This document shows positions 35,970 to 46,765 of a stretch of 64,000 nucleotides of DNA, one piece after another; position 1 is the first letter of the stretch, and every line of letters begins with the position of its first letter. The DNA is from Acidobacteriota bacterium (GTDB lineage Bacteria; Acidobacteriota; UBA890; WLXD01): the NCBI GenBank assembly GCA_965205505.1, contig CBDBHB010000009.1, positions 1,600,001 through 1,664,000 of the forward strand, written 5' to 3'. The notes under the pieces were generated by a model, which saw only the letters and a list, made by a program, of their open reading frames with translations, did not search any database and was not told the origin of the DNA. Both the position numbers and the translations under genes were made by a program.

Positions 35970-38483
35970 ATGCCCGCTCGCCGCCGTAGCTATCAGGCTG
36001 TCTTCCTCGCAACGATCGCGCTTGCGTTGGCGCCTGCCATTACCGTGCCTCGGGCGCGGCACGCCGAGCCCAGCAGTGCCCTCGACGTACCCTTTGACTC
36101 GCCGTCGGCGGCGCAGCAATACCACACGGCCAAGCGTCTGCCGAGCGGGCCGGCGATCGACCCGCGTGCGGCGTACCGGCAAGCGGCGGCGCATGCTGCC
36201 CGGATGCCGCTCTACTCCAGCGCCCGGGGACGGTACCTGAGTGCCGCCGAGGCACGCCGGTCGCGCTTGCGCGGCGGAGCGGTGAAGGGCAGTTGGAGGC
36301 CCCTGGGGCCGGGAAACGTCGGCGGCCGGACGCGCACGCTGGTGATCGATCGTGACCGCCCCGAGACGATGTATGCGGGCGGTGTTTCCGGGGGCGTGTG
36401 GAAAACGACCGATGGCGGTGCCGAATGGAGTGCGGTGGGCGATGGTCTGGCGAACGTCGCGGTCAACTCCATGGCGATGCATCCCCGCGACTCGCGCCTC
36501 CTGTACGTAGGCACGGGTGAGGGGTACTTCCGCGAGGACGTACGCGGCACCGGGTTGCCGCTACGCGGCGGCGGCGTTTTCCGTACCACCGATGCGGGGA
36601 AGCACTGGTCGATGCTGGCTTCGACCGGCGGCGAGGACTTCTGGTTCGTCAACGACCTGGTGTTCTCGCCCGCCGACGGCAATACCCTGTACGCGGCTAC
36701 GCGCTCCGGCGTCTTCCGCACCTCTGACGGCGGCACCAGCTGGGATCAGATCCTTGACCCGCAAGTCAATGGCGGTTGCCTCGATCTCGAGATTCGCACC
36801 GATCGGCCCACCGATGTGCTGTTCGCCGCTTGCGGTACGTTCGCTCAAGCGACCATCTATCGGTCGAGCCACGCCGCCGCGCGCCGGCCCGATGGCGCTC
36901 TCTTCGAGGTCGTGCTGCGCGACCGCGGCATGGGCCGCACGTCGATCGCGTTGGCCCCGTCGAACCAGGACGTGGTGTACGCGCTGACGGCGAGCAACGA
37001 TCGCGGCGCCTACGAACAGGCGTTGCATGCAGTGTTCCGTTCCGACAACGGCGGCGACGTGGGCACCTGGAAGGCGCGCGTACGCAACACGGATACGGAC
37101 ACTCAAGCCACCCTGTTGCTGCACAACGCGGTGCTGGCCCGGCTGGAGGCCTGCGGCTTCTCGGACTCGAGCGACTTCCTGCCGATGGGCTGGTACGTGA
37201 ACACCATCGCCGTCGACCCGGTGAGCCCCGAGATCGTATGGGCGGCCGGGGTGGATTGGTTTCGGTCCAGCGACGGCGGCCAATCGTGGGGGCCAACGTC
37301 GTTCTGGTGGGCTGGCGATGCCGCACCCGCGTCCAGCTTCCTACATGCCGATCAGCACCGGATGGTCTTCCACCCGACCTACGACGGGGCCGGTAACCAA
37401 ACGCTGTTCGTTGCCAACGACGGCGGCGTTTGGCGAACCGACAACGGGCGCGCGCCGGTATCGATCGCAGCCGAGGCGACGTGCGATCCGGCCAACAGCG
37501 AGGTTGCCTGGCGATCCCTCAACAACGGCTACGAGGTGACGCATTTCTATCATGGCCTGCCGTTCCCTGGCGGCAAGGCGTTTCTCGGCGGGACGCAGGA
37601 CAACGGCACGCGCATGCGGCGGCCGCACAGCGGTCTCAACGGCTGGCAGAGTCTCTTTGGGGGCGACGGCGGCTACGTTGCGGTCGACCCTCGAAACACG
37701 AGCGTGCTCTATGTCGAGTCGCAGAACGGTAACCTGCAGAAGTCGATCGACGGCGGCGCGACGTTCGACGCGGTTACGCTCGGGCTTCCGGCCGGGAACG
37801 GTAACTTCCTGGATCCTGGCGGGGACTTCATCTTCATCACCCCGTTCGTCCTGGATCTCTCGCGACCTGATGTGCTTTGGATCGGCGGCAGGCTCATGTA
37901 CCGCACCATAGACGGCGCGCGCAGCTGGCAGGTCGGCAGCCGAGCCTTGCGCGGAAGGGCCAGCGCAATCGCGGTGGCGCCATCCGATTCGCGGCGTGTC
38001 GCGGTGGCAACGGAGAAGGGCTTCGTCCACGTCACCGATGGCGCGCTTGCGGCTGAAGCCGGCACCATCTGGCCGCGGCGGCGGCCCAGCAAGGCGTGGG
38101 CGACCTGGGTGACGTACGACCCGAGCGACCCCGACCTGATGTACGTTACCTACGGTGGCTTCGGAGGGTCGCACGTGTTTCGTAGCATCGACGGCGGCCG
38201 CCGATGGAGGAGCATCGATGGCGTCGGAGACGCCGCGCTGCCCGACCTCCCGGTGCACGTAATCGTGGTGGACCCTGACGACCGCGACCGCCTGTTCGTC
38301 GGCACCGACCTGGGGGTCTTCGTCACTACCGATGGCGGCGTTGGGTGGGCGCAGGAGAACGCTGGCTTCGGCAATATCGTCACCGAATCGTTGACTCTCC
38401 AACGGGAGGGCTCTCGACTGATGCTCTACGCCTTTACCCATGGCCGCGGCGCCTGGAAGGTGAGCGTGAAGCGGGCCCGCTAG
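35970..38483 (+). CDS. Secreted BNR/Asp-box (VPS10-like) beta-propeller glycosyl hydrolase-like protein
   Basis: LGPGNVGGR; many S/TxDGGxxW Asp boxes; HADQH, GGTQDNG and THGRG motifs. Confidence 0.88.
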   Translation: MPARRRSYQAVFLATIALALAPAITVPRARHAEPSSALDVPFDSPSAAQQYHTAKRLPSGPAIDPRAAYRQAAAHAARMPLYSSARGRYLSAAEARRSRLRGGAVKGSWRPLGPGNVGGRTRTLVIDRDRPETMYAGGVSGGVWKTTDGGAEWSAVGDGLANVAVNSMAMHPRDSRLLYVGTGEGYFREDVRGTGLPLRGGGVFRTTDAGKHWSMLASTGGEDFWFVNDLVFSPADGNTLYAATRSGVFRTSDGGTSWDQILDPQVNGGCLDLEIRTDRPTDVLFAACGTFAQATIYRSSHAAARRPDGALFEVVLRDRGMGRTSIALAPSNQDVVYALTASNDRGAYEQALHAVFRSDNGGDVGTWKARVRNTDTDTQATLLLHNAVLARLEACGFSDSSDFLPMGWYVNTIAVDPVSPEIVWAAGVDWFRSSDGGQSWGPTSFWWAGDAAPASSFLHADQHRMVFHPTYDGAGNQTLFVANDGGVWRTDNGRAPVSIAAEATCDPANSEVAWRSLNNGYEVTHFYHGLPFPGGKAFLGGTQDNGTRMRRPHSGLNGWQSLFGGDGGYVAVDPRNTSVLYVESQNGNLQKSIDGGATFDAVTLGLPAGNGNFLDPGGDFIFITPFVLDLSRPDVLWIGGRLMYRTIDGARSWQVGSRALRGRASAIAVAPSDSRRVAVATEKGFVHVTDGALAAEAGTIWPRRRPSKAWATWVTYDPSDPDLMYVTYGGFGGSHVFRSIDGGRRWRSIDGVGDAALPDLPVHVIVVDPDDRDRLFVGTDLGVFVTTDGGVGWAQENAGFGNIVTESLTLQREGSRLMLYAFTHGRGAWKVSVKRAR

Positions 38484-38624
38484 GCTCTGACGGCCGTCCT
38501 GCCAGTGCGCGCACCGGCAGCAAGGTGGCGCGGAGCCACAGGCCACTAGTACCCACGATGAGCATCGCCGCCGACCAGGCGGAGCGGTGTTCCGTAACTG
38601 CGACCGGGGAATGATATTCCAGCC

Positions 38625-39248
38625 ATGCACCGACAGACGGAATTCGACGCTCGCCATGGCACCGACACCGATGGCGAGATCCCGCTCGAGCTCCTGGACC
38701 ATTCGGTCGAGGTCGCGCGACAGGCAGTCTCGTACGAGGCGACAGAGCCTGCGGCCTTCCGACACATGATGGGCGAGCTGCCGATCCGGCCCGAGGACTA
38801 CACGTTCGTCGACCTCGGTTCCGGCAAGGGTCGCGTGTTATTGCTGGCTGCGCACCACCCGTTTCGCCGGATCATCGGCGTGGAAGCATCGTTGTCGCTG
38901 CATATTATTGCCAGCCGCAACGTGCGCGCCTGGGCGCGCGCCGGCAACGACACCCGCCGCATCGAGCTCGTCCACGCCGACGCGTCGCAGCTGGAGGTTT
39001 CAGGCGAGCCCAGTGTGATCTACCTGTTCAACCCATTCCGCGAGCGCGCCCTGGCGCGTGTGATGCTGAACGTCAAGTGGTCGCTGCAACGCTGCCCGCG
39101 CGACCTTTGGCTGATCTACTACAACCCGCAGTTCGGCTACATGTTGGAGAACGCACCGTACATGGCGCGGGTGCGCGCCGGGCGAGGCTTCCACCAGGGC
39201 GACTACGCCATCTGGCGTTCCCACGGCGAGTACGGCCGGCCGAAATAG
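38625..39248 (+). CDS. Class I SAM-dependent methyltransferase
   Basis: FVDLGSGKGR, IIGVE and YLFNPF motifs. Confidence 0.88.
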   Translation: MHRQTEFDARHGTDTDGEIPLELLDHSVEVARQAVSYEATEPAAFRHMMGELPIRPEDYTFVDLGSGKGRVLLLAAHHPFRRIIGVEASLSLHIIASRNVRAWARAGNDTRRIELVHADASQLEVSGEPSVIYLFNPFRERALARVMLNVKWSLQRCPRDLWLIYYNPQFGYMLENAPYMARVRAGRGFHQGDYAIWRSHGEYGRPK

Positions 39249-39263
39249 CGCAGCGAAGGCGGC

Positions 39264-39404
39264 GGTCGGAGCGCGGTGGCATGCACCTCGGCCAGGGTGG
39301 AGCGGTGGAGGTGGCTGAACGGCGCAGTCAACGCGTCATCCGTTGTAATGGATCACCGCCGTGCCGGCGAGCCTGGCTACGGTGCATGCCACCGCGCTTC
39401 GACC
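39264..39404. repeat. REP/REPIN-like long inverted repeat
   Basis: 24-bp arms at 39264-39287 and 39381-39404 with one mismatch, between convergent genes. Confidence 0.7.
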
Positions 39405-39521
39405 TCCGGCGAACGCCGTCAATTCCGGGGCTCCCGCCCTTCCCCGGCCAGCAAAAGAAGCCACGCCCCGAACGCTCTCCCTGGTTGGCCGGAACAGCGC
39501 TCCGGAGGGGCCAGCCAACAG

Positions 39522-41519
39522 TCACTCCACGTGAAAAGGGGAACGGTTGTCGCGTGCGAACTGGCTACCGGAGTCCGGCCAGAACACGAAGGCCTCGACC
39601 GAGTAGCGCCCTGCCTCGGCCCTAGAGAAGGTGTACTCGATGCCGAAGCGATTGTTGGCATCGAGGTCGGCCCTGAGCTCGATGTCCTCGGCGCGCCGCT
39701 GCGCGGCGGGCCCATCGGCGTTGCCGACGCTGGCACCGAAGCGGGCGTTGCCCGCCGGGTCATGCTTGCGAATCCGGACTAGCACCCTGGAGAAGTCGTC
39801 GCGGTCGGCCGCCACGACCTGGCCCGAGAAGTTGATCTTCTTGCCGGGCTTGATCTTGGTCGGAAGGCGCTTGTCGAATCTCACCGCACGCCAGTCGTCA
39901 GGCTCGAAATTCGAGTACGCGATCTTCAGCTTACCCTTGGCCTTGGGCCCGCCCTTCGCGTCTACGACGTCGACAAGCTTGGCCTTCCCGCCGCTCGCTT
40001 GGAAGAAGGAAGCATAGCCGTCGAACGACGTGATTCCGTCGTCCCTCTTGGCGTAGGTGTGGCGCTGGGCGATCCAGGTCCAGTAGTCGAACTCGGCCTG
40101 CGTCAATTGCTCCTCGCGCGAGACGACGATGACTGTCCGCTTCAGCTTCCGTGGGATCTTGGGGCCCTTGCGCTTGCCTTGCACGGCGATGATGTCGTCG
40201 ATGCTGATCGTGCTGGTGCCACCGGTCACCGTGGTACCCACGTCGGGCGATATAGAGGTATCAGGGTCGAACTGGCCCTGATACGTGAAAACGGGTAGCG
40301 GCGGCACCTTGTTTGCCGGGAGCAGGCCCATAGCGTACAGAACCCACGGGTGGAAGATGTACGGTGGCTGGGGGAACCCGATGCTGAAGGCGCCGCGGCC
40401 GCCGAAGCGCGCCGAACCGACCACCTCGCGATCGGCCTCGAGGACCGCTCCGACCAGCGTCGGGCCGCCCGTCGCCAGGGGCAGGTGTCCGGCGGGCTGG
40501 TGCCCGGCTCGCACCAGCCCGGCGATGGTCTCCCAGTCGAAGAAGTGCCCCCATTGATGCGCCAGCTCGTGGGTCCAGGTCTCGTTTCGTTCCAGGGCTC
40601 GATTCGGAAAGAACTCCACAGCCAGTAGCGCCTTGGGGTCTCCATATTGGTCGTTGCGGTCCCGCTGCGATGCTCCGATACCCTGGACCGTCTGATTGGT
40701 GGCTCGATGAAATGCGCCGAACTCGGAGGACAGGTGTGGCCGGCGCGGTACGATCGCCAGGATCTGCGTGGTGTCCTTGAAGTTGTCGTAGAACACCTGG
40801 GCCAGTTCACGATCCTGGATCGAGAAACCGTCGTCCGTCACCCGATCGTTGCCATAGCCGGGTAGCACGATGTTGACCACATCGCTGCTGTACGACACCT
40901 GCGAGCTGAGCTTCTTGACGCTCACCTTCTTCATACTGGTCGGAGCGACGCGTAGGCGGATGTTGAAGCGCGTGATTACCCGGCTCCCGTCACGCTCCCT
41001 GATATCGGGCTCGAGCGCGCCGATGAAGAGATCGGGCCGGTCGAAACCTGTCCTCCGGCTGTTGAAGAACAAGTCCATCTCCTCGGCCGTGAAGGTGCGC
41101 TCGAACAGGCTCACCTTGACGCCGTCGATCGTGTCGGTGCCGACGCGCCGCCACTTCTCGTCGGGGTGGTCCTGGTTCGTGTCGGCGATCGACGGGTCGA
41201 ACGTGATCGCCGGGACATTCCCTACCACGGTCACGTCGCTCAGCGTCACGTCGCCACGATAGTCGTAGTTGAAAACAGGTGGGTCCTGCCGAAAGAACAC
41301 CGGCGTGCCCTCCGGCACGGCGCGGACCTCGCGGGAGGTCGGCAGGTCGTCTGGAACCGCACCGCACAATAGAAGCTCGTCCTCGAGCACCTCCTCCAGA
41401 AACTCCTGGTAGGCGCGCTCGCGATCGAACCGAGCCTGCGGAACAGCGGACCCGAGTGCCGCAGAATTGAGGAAAACGACCACCAGCACGACTGAGAACG
41501 GGAGATGACGCAAGCTCAT
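39522..41519 (-). CDS. Secreted hypothetical protein with HEXXH zinc-metalloprotease motif
   Basis: Signal peptide after a GGAGG RBS; THELAHQWG, a later H, and a LYAMG Met-turn-like motif. Confidence 0.7.
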   Translation of the reverse strand: MSLRHLPFSVVLVVVFLNSAALGSAVPQARFDRERAYQEFLEEVLEDELLLCGAVPDDLPTSREVRAVPEGTPVFFRQDPPVFNYDYRGDVTLSDVTVVGNVPAITFDPSIADTNQDHPDEKWRRVGTDTIDGVKVSLFERTFTAEEMDLFFNSRRTGFDRPDLFIGALEPDIRERDGSRVITRFNIRLRVAPTSMKKVSVKKLSSQVSYSSDVVNIVLPGYGNDRVTDDGFSIQDRELAQVFYDNFKDTTQILAIVPRRPHLSSEFGAFHRATNQTVQGIGASQRDRNDQYGDPKALLAVEFFPNRALERNETWTHELAHQWGHFFDWETIAGLVRAGHQPAGHLPLATGGPTLVGAVLEADREVVGSARFGGRGAFSIGFPQPPYIFHPWVLYAMGLLPANKVPPLPVFTYQGQFDPDTSISPDVGTTVTGGTSTISIDDIIAVQGKRKGPKIPRKLKRTVIVVSREEQLTQAEFDYWTWIAQRHTYAKRDDGITSFDGYASFFQASGGKAKLVDVVDAKGGPKAKGKLKIAYSNFEPDDWRAVRFDKRLPTKIKPGKKINFSGQVVAADRDDFSRVLVRIRKHDPAGNARFGASVGNADGPAAQRRAEDIELRADLDANNRFGIEYTFSRAEAGRYSVEAFVFWPDSGSQFARDNRSPFHVE

Positions 41520-41763
41520 CAGGCCTCCAGGAGGCAGTACCCATCTAAGCGCACCGTGTAGCCTGGACGCGGCCAGTGTCAAGCCGGGTGTCGGCTTCGC
41601 TGGATGCGGCCGATATCGTCCCGAAACGTCTACTGCCGGCAAACCCGCAGTGCTGGGATGATAGGCTCTGCGGCCGATCGGGTTGTTCGCGATGGAGGCG
41701 GTCGCCGCCGGTGGCCGGGTCGCGTTTGGTTACCCGTGTTCGGGATCACGATCGGAGGTCGGT

Positions 41764-43236
41764 TTGAGCTCTGAAGCTGCCGGAGCAACGTTTTTCGGGC
41801 ATCCCCGAGGATTGTCGACACTCTTCTTCACCGAGATGTGGGAACGGTTCAGCTTCTACGGCATGCGGGGGCTGCTGATCCTGTACTTGACCGACAGTGT
41901 TCGCGGTGGCTTCGGGCTCGACACGCCGACCGCAGCGGCGATCTACGGGCTGTACGTATTCGGTGTGTATGCGCTGGCGCTACCTGGCGGCTGGATCGCC
42001 GACCGGCTGATCGGCCAGCGAGTAGCAGTGTTGTACGGCGGCATCATCATCGCCCTCGGCCACTTTTCGATGGCGATTCCGACCACCTCTACCTTCTATC
42101 TCGGGCTCGGTTTGATCGTCGTCGGCACCGGTCTGCTGAAGCCCAACGTGTCGGCGATCGTCGGCGACCTGTATCCCGAAGGCGGAGCTCGGCGCGACGC
42201 GGGGTTCTCGGTTTTCTACATGGGGATCAACATCGGCGCGGTTCTGGGACCGACGATCTGCTCTTTCCTGGGCGAGGGCTACAACTGGCACCTGGGGTTC
42301 GGCGCTGCCGGCGTCGGTATGACTTTCGGCATCATCCAGTACGTCGTTGGTAGGCAACACCTGTTGGGCTGCGGTGAGCTACCGGAAGCGGCGCGACCGC
42401 AGGAGGTGCACGCTGCCTCGGTGCGACAGTTCTTCGCCGGGTTGGGCCTGGTAGTGGCACTGACCGTGGCCATCTTTCTGTTGAGCGCCGGCGGCTTGAT
42501 AGCGCTGACCTTGGTGGGGTTCGCGCAGGTTACCGGCGTCCTCATCACTGCTGTATCGATTGCCTACTTCGTCGGGATTATCGGGTTCGTGTGTCGCGAT
42601 ACCACCGAGCGCAAGCGAGTCTTCGCAATCTTCCTGCTATTCATCGGCGCGGCGATGTTCTGGTCGGGGTTCGAGCAAGCCGGCTCGTCGCTCAACCTGT
42701 TCGCGCGCGACTTCACCAACCGAGTGATCTTCGGTTGGGAGATGCCCGCTTCGATGCTGCAGAACATCAATCCGACGTTCATCATCCTGCTGGCTCCGGT
42801 AGTCGGGGCGCTCTGGGTGCGCCTGGGCTCGCGCAACCCGTCGATTCCGATCAAGTTCGGCCTCGGCCTCGTGCTGCTCGGCGTGGGCTTTCTGGTGCTG
42901 GCCTGGGGCGCGCAGTTCGTAACCGAGGGTAAAGTAAGCCCGATGTGGTTGGTGGTGACCTACTTCTTTCACACTGTCGGTGAGCTTTGTCTGAGTCCGG
43001 TCGGCCTGAGCTCCACGACCAAGCTCTCGCCGCAACGGTTGCAGGGCCAGATGATGGGTATCTGGTTCATGGGCACAGCTTTGGGCAACCTGATCGCCGG
43101 CCTCGCCGTCGGCTACATCGACACGCTACCGGTGGCGGAGCTGTTCAGCACCGTAGCGATGATCGTCATCGCCACCGGCGCGCTGTTCTTCATGTTCGCG
43201 ATCCCGATCCGCAAGCTCACTGTGGGCGTGAGCTAG
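41764..43236 (+). CDS. POT/PTR proton-dependent peptide transporter
   Basis: GHPRGL...EMWERFSFYGMR (ExxERF), GLLKPN, FYMGINIG and GELCLSP motifs. Confidence 0.95.
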   Translation: MSSEAAGATFFGHPRGLSTLFFTEMWERFSFYGMRGLLILYLTDSVRGGFGLDTPTAAAIYGLYVFGVYALALPGGWIADRLIGQRVAVLYGGIIIALGHFSMAIPTTSTFYLGLGLIVVGTGLLKPNVSAIVGDLYPEGGARRDAGFSVFYMGINIGAVLGPTICSFLGEGYNWHLGFGAAGVGMTFGIIQYVVGRQHLLGCGELPEAARPQEVHAASVRQFFAGLGLVVALTVAIFLLSAGGLIALTLVGFAQVTGVLITAVSIAYFVGIIGFVCRDTTERKRVFAIFLLFIGAAMFWSGFEQAGSSLNLFARDFTNRVIFGWEMPASMLQNINPTFIILLAPVVGALWVRLGSRNPSIPIKFGLGLVLLGVGFLVLAWGAQFVTEGKVSPMWLVVTYFFHTVGELCLSPVGLSSTTKLSPQRLQGQMMGIWFMGTALGNLIAGLAVGYIDTLPVAELFSTVAMIVIATGALFFMFAIPIRKLTVGVS

Positions 43237-43247
43237 TGTCCTTACTG

Positions 43248-43439
43248 CTAGCCCAGTCGCAGGCGCATTAGCGACACGTCGTCGTCGAAGGTGCCGCCAG
43301 CGTACTCACGCAGTCGCCCGATGGCGGTATCGAGATCGTCGCCGTCCGCTGTTGTGATGATCTCGGCGAAGCCGTCGTATCCGAGCATGTGCTCGGCGTC
43401 TTCATCGCCAGGCGGGAAGATCTCGTAAACGCCATCGTC
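43248..43439 (-). pseudogene. PP2C/SpoIIE (RsbU-like) phosphatase C-terminal fragment
   Basis: Manual translation DGVYEI...MLGYDGF...FDDDVSLMRL*; an in-frame stop lies just upstream. Confidence 0.6.
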
Positions 43440-43554
43440 TTATTGGGCCTTTCTAACCCCATCCGCGAGCAGGTTATGGTCGACGTTCTTCGAGAGCGTC
43501 GCCGCCGTCGCGGAGTGATCGTCCACCAGTTCACCAGCGACGCGCCGCCGGATT

Positions 43555-45280
43555 CTAGTCAAAACGCAGAGCTAGAACGGGGCGCAACTCGTCGATGCTG
43601 CCGGGGCGTTGGCTGGGATCCTTCTCCAGCATGGCGGTCACGGCGGACTGTAGTTTGTCCGGCACTTCTTCCAATGGCAGCACCAAGGCAGCTGCGGACT
43701 CATTGAGGATCGCGCTAGCCGTGTCCATGAAGGTGGCTCGTTTGAACGGGTGGGCACCTGTCAGCATCTCTTGCAACAGCAACGCCGAAGGAGAAGATGT
43801 CGGATCGGGTGTCGACCTTCGATCCCCGTAGCTGTTCCGGTGACATGTAGGCCGGCGTTCCGATGACTGTTCCCGACTGAGTCAGCTTCGTCATCAAGTT
43901 CTGGGGCTCGCTTGCGTCGACGCGCTTGGCGATCCCGAAGTCCATGACCTTGACGTGGCCGTGGGCCGTGAGCTGGATATTCGCTGGCTTCAGGTCGCGG
44001 TGTACTAGGTCATGCCGGTGCGCTAACTGCAGCGCCTCGGCGATCTCGCCAGCGACCGCGAGCCCGCGTTTCAGCGACAAAGGGCCGTTTGCCAGCTCCG
44101 CCTCGAGCGAGGTTCCCTCGATGTACTCCATGGCGATGAAGGGCCAGTCGCCAGCCTCACCAATCTCGTAGATCTTGCAAATGAACGGATGGTCCAGCGC
44201 CGCCGCTAACCGTGCTTCGCGGAAGAGCCTTTGCTGTGCGATCGGATCTCGTCGGAGGTCGTCGGGCAGGAGCTTGAGGGCGACCTTCCGCTCCAGGGCA
44301 GTGTCGTGCGCCAACAGCACCTGACCCATACCTCCCTCACCGATCTTCTCGAGGACCTCGTACTTGCCAATCGCGCCGCTCGCCATTGGGCGATTGTCTA
44401 GGGCCGTCTGTAGTCGTGCGACGATCGGTGTCTCCTCGGTTGGTATGCCGAGGAACGATCGCATTTCATCGAGGAAGGTCTTCCAGCCGGGCTCGTCTTC
44501 CAGCAGCAGATGGTTCCTGCTGCGGATAGGTACGAAGCGCGCACCCGGCACCCGCGTGGCGATGTTGCGACCCAGTTTGAAGGGCACCACGGCGTCTTCG
44601 TCACAGTGCATCACAAGGGTGGGGACCCGGATTTGCGCCAGGCGGCCGCTGATATCCGCTTGTGCAAAGTTCTCGAGAAAGCGTGCCGCGTTATCGGACG
44701 AGGCTGATAGCCGCTGCAGCTCGTCGAACCAATCCATCTGTGCAGCTGTACCGTCAGGAATGAAGCGTTGGGTCCAAATCTGCCGATAGGCGGGGTTGTC
44801 CCTACCCCAGCCGTGTCTAGTCAGCGTTACCATCGCGTTCCAAGCCTCGATCTGTTCGGCGGAGGCGCCCGATCTGGCGATCCCCTGAGCGTAGGTTCCG
44901 AACACCACGAGGTGCGTCACGCGCTCGGGATAGCGGAAGGCGTACTCGATCGCCAGCTGACCACCCTGGGAGACGCCCAGGATCGAAAATCGATCGAGAC
45001 CCGCGGCGTCGATAATCGTCTCCAGATCCTGGAAACAGGCTTCGAACGAAACGTCGTCAACGTCCCAGTCCGATAGTCCCAGCCCCCGCTGGTCGTAACG
45101 GATCAGCGTGTGGTTGAGCGAGAGCGCCTCTGCCCAATGCCGCCAGATCGGGGTGCTCCACTCGAATTCGAGATGGCTCATCCAGTTGGCGGCCTTGACA
45201 AGCGGTGGGCCGCTCCCGCTAGTGGCATACGCGATCCGGACCCCGTCGGGAGTTTTGCAAAAGCGAGTCTGCTGTTGCAC
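43555..45280 (-). CDS. Alpha/beta hydrolase - Ser/Thr kinase fusion with one frameshift near 43782
   Basis: DGVRIAYA, RYDQRG and GVSQG hydrolase motifs; GEGGMG, VALK, HRDLKPAN, DFG and YMSPE kinase motifs. The kinase end continues in the 43555-43782 frame. Confidence 0.85.
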
Positions 45281-45512
45281 GGGGGTCGCTCCTGGCCGGG
45301 CTGGTGGCTCGCAGTCTGGGGAACGCTAGCAGTGAGGAGGGGCGATCCACCACCGGATATGCTTGAGAAAATCGGTTCTGGGTGAGTTCGTTCAGTGCCT
45401 CGCCAATGTTAGGCACTGGTCGATGCCGGGATCCGGACCGTCGCCGCACCGTCGTAGTGCCTCGGCGGTGCGTTGGCGCGGAGAGCATCTCAGCGATCAA
45501 GGCGCGTCCTAC

Positions 45513-45560
45513 ATGAAGCTCACCCCCAGACCCAGAGAGTCCACCTGGACGGCATCTGGC
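45513..45560 (+). repeat. Copy B (5' part) of the small-ORF repeat family
   Basis: ATGAAGCTCACCCCCAGACCCAGAGAGTCCACCTGGACGGCATCTGG, with a 1-nt deletion relative to copies A and D. Confidence 0.82.
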
Positions 45561-45775
45561 TTGTCGGAAAAGCCAATGTGGGCGTTGTTGAGGAACGCGA
45601 TGCGTGGTCCGATCGCGAACAATGTGCTGATGAGCGCGCGCCCGCTCAGGTTCCTTGACCGAGAAACCGACACTATGGGGTGAGCATGTCTCGAAGAGAC
45701 GAACGAGAACAAGGGAGCATCAGCCGCAGCATTGCGCGGACCGGGATATCTGAGAGCGGCGACGCTGCGGCCCAG

Positions 45776-46573
45776 ATGTCCGAAAGCGACAAGGGGCAAA
45801 TCAGCGCCAGTGCCGCTGAGGTGTACGAGGAGTTCTTCGTTCCGGCGCTCTTTGCCGAGTGGCCACCAATTCTTGCGAGCGCAGTCGGGATCAGGCCGTC
45901 GCACCGCGTTGTCGACGTTGCCTGCGGCACCGGTGTCCTGGCGCGCGCCGTCGCTGAACTTCTGAGCGATGGATCGGTAGTCGGCGTCGACATCAATGAA
46001 GGGATGCTCGATGTAGTGCGACGACGGTCACCGCAGATCGAGTGGCGTTGTGGCCCGGCTGAGGCGCTGCCGCTGGCCGATGAGAGCTTTGACGTCGCTG
46101 TCTGCCAGTTCGGCTTGATGTTCTTCGAGGATCAGCGTGCTGCGATCCAAGAGATGGTCCGGGTACTGCGCTCGGGCGGCAGGCTTGCTGTCGCCGTCTG
46201 GGATTCGCTCGAGAACGTGCCCGGCTATGCCACGATGGTCGAATTGCTCCAGCGGCTGCTTGGTGACCAGGCCGCCAATGCGTTCCGAGCGCCCTTCCTG
46301 CTGGGCGAGGTGGATACTCTCCGCAGCTTGTTCCAAACGGCCGGCATAGCCGATGTCGAGATCAGTACACATGAAGGCACGGCGCGGTTCCCGTCGATCG
46401 AGTCCTGGATCCACACCGACGTCAAGGGGTGGACGCTGGCAGACATGATCGACGACGACCAGTACGACCGACTGCTCGCGGAAGCAAAACCGGTTCTCGA
46501 ACGCTACGTTGTCGCTGATGGCACGATCGCCTTCAAGGCGTCCGGGCACATCGCCAGCGCAACGAAAGCGTGA
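45776..46573 (+). CDS. UbiE-like SAM-dependent methyltransferase
   Basis: YEEFFVP, VVDVACGTG, VGVDINEGML and CQFGLMFF motifs. Confidence 0.92.
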   Translation: MSESDKGQISASAAEVYEEFFVPALFAEWPPILASAVGIRPSHRVVDVACGTGVLARAVAELLSDGSVVGVDINEGMLDVVRRRSPQIEWRCGPAEALPLADESFDVAVCQFGLMFFEDQRAAIQEMVRVLRSGGRLAVAVWDSLENVPGYATMVELLQRLLGDQAANAFRAPFLLGEVDTLRSLFQTAGIADVEISTHEGTARFPSIESWIHTDVKGWTLADMIDDDQYDRLLAEAKPVLERYVVADGTIAFKASGHIASATKA

Positions 46574-46632
46574 TCGCGCGAGCTTCGACGACCGACTCCA
46601 TCAATCGAGATCGCCGACGATCAGCCTCAACT

Positions 46633-46765
46633 CTGCGATACGGCAACATCCGCACGCTGCAGGATCTGACGCTGGTGAACCTGGCCAGGATTCGAGAGTC
46701 GCAGCTAGCGTTGCTCCTGGAGGCTGCAGGCACCGCAAGAGTGCAGGCGCGGGAGGTGCAGGCCA
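46633..46765 (+). repeat. Copy C (3' part) of the small-ORF repeat family
   Basis: GNIRTLQDLTLVNLA...QLALLLEAAG...VQAREV; GCAACATCCGCACGCTGCAGGA matches copy D. Confidence 0.82.
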
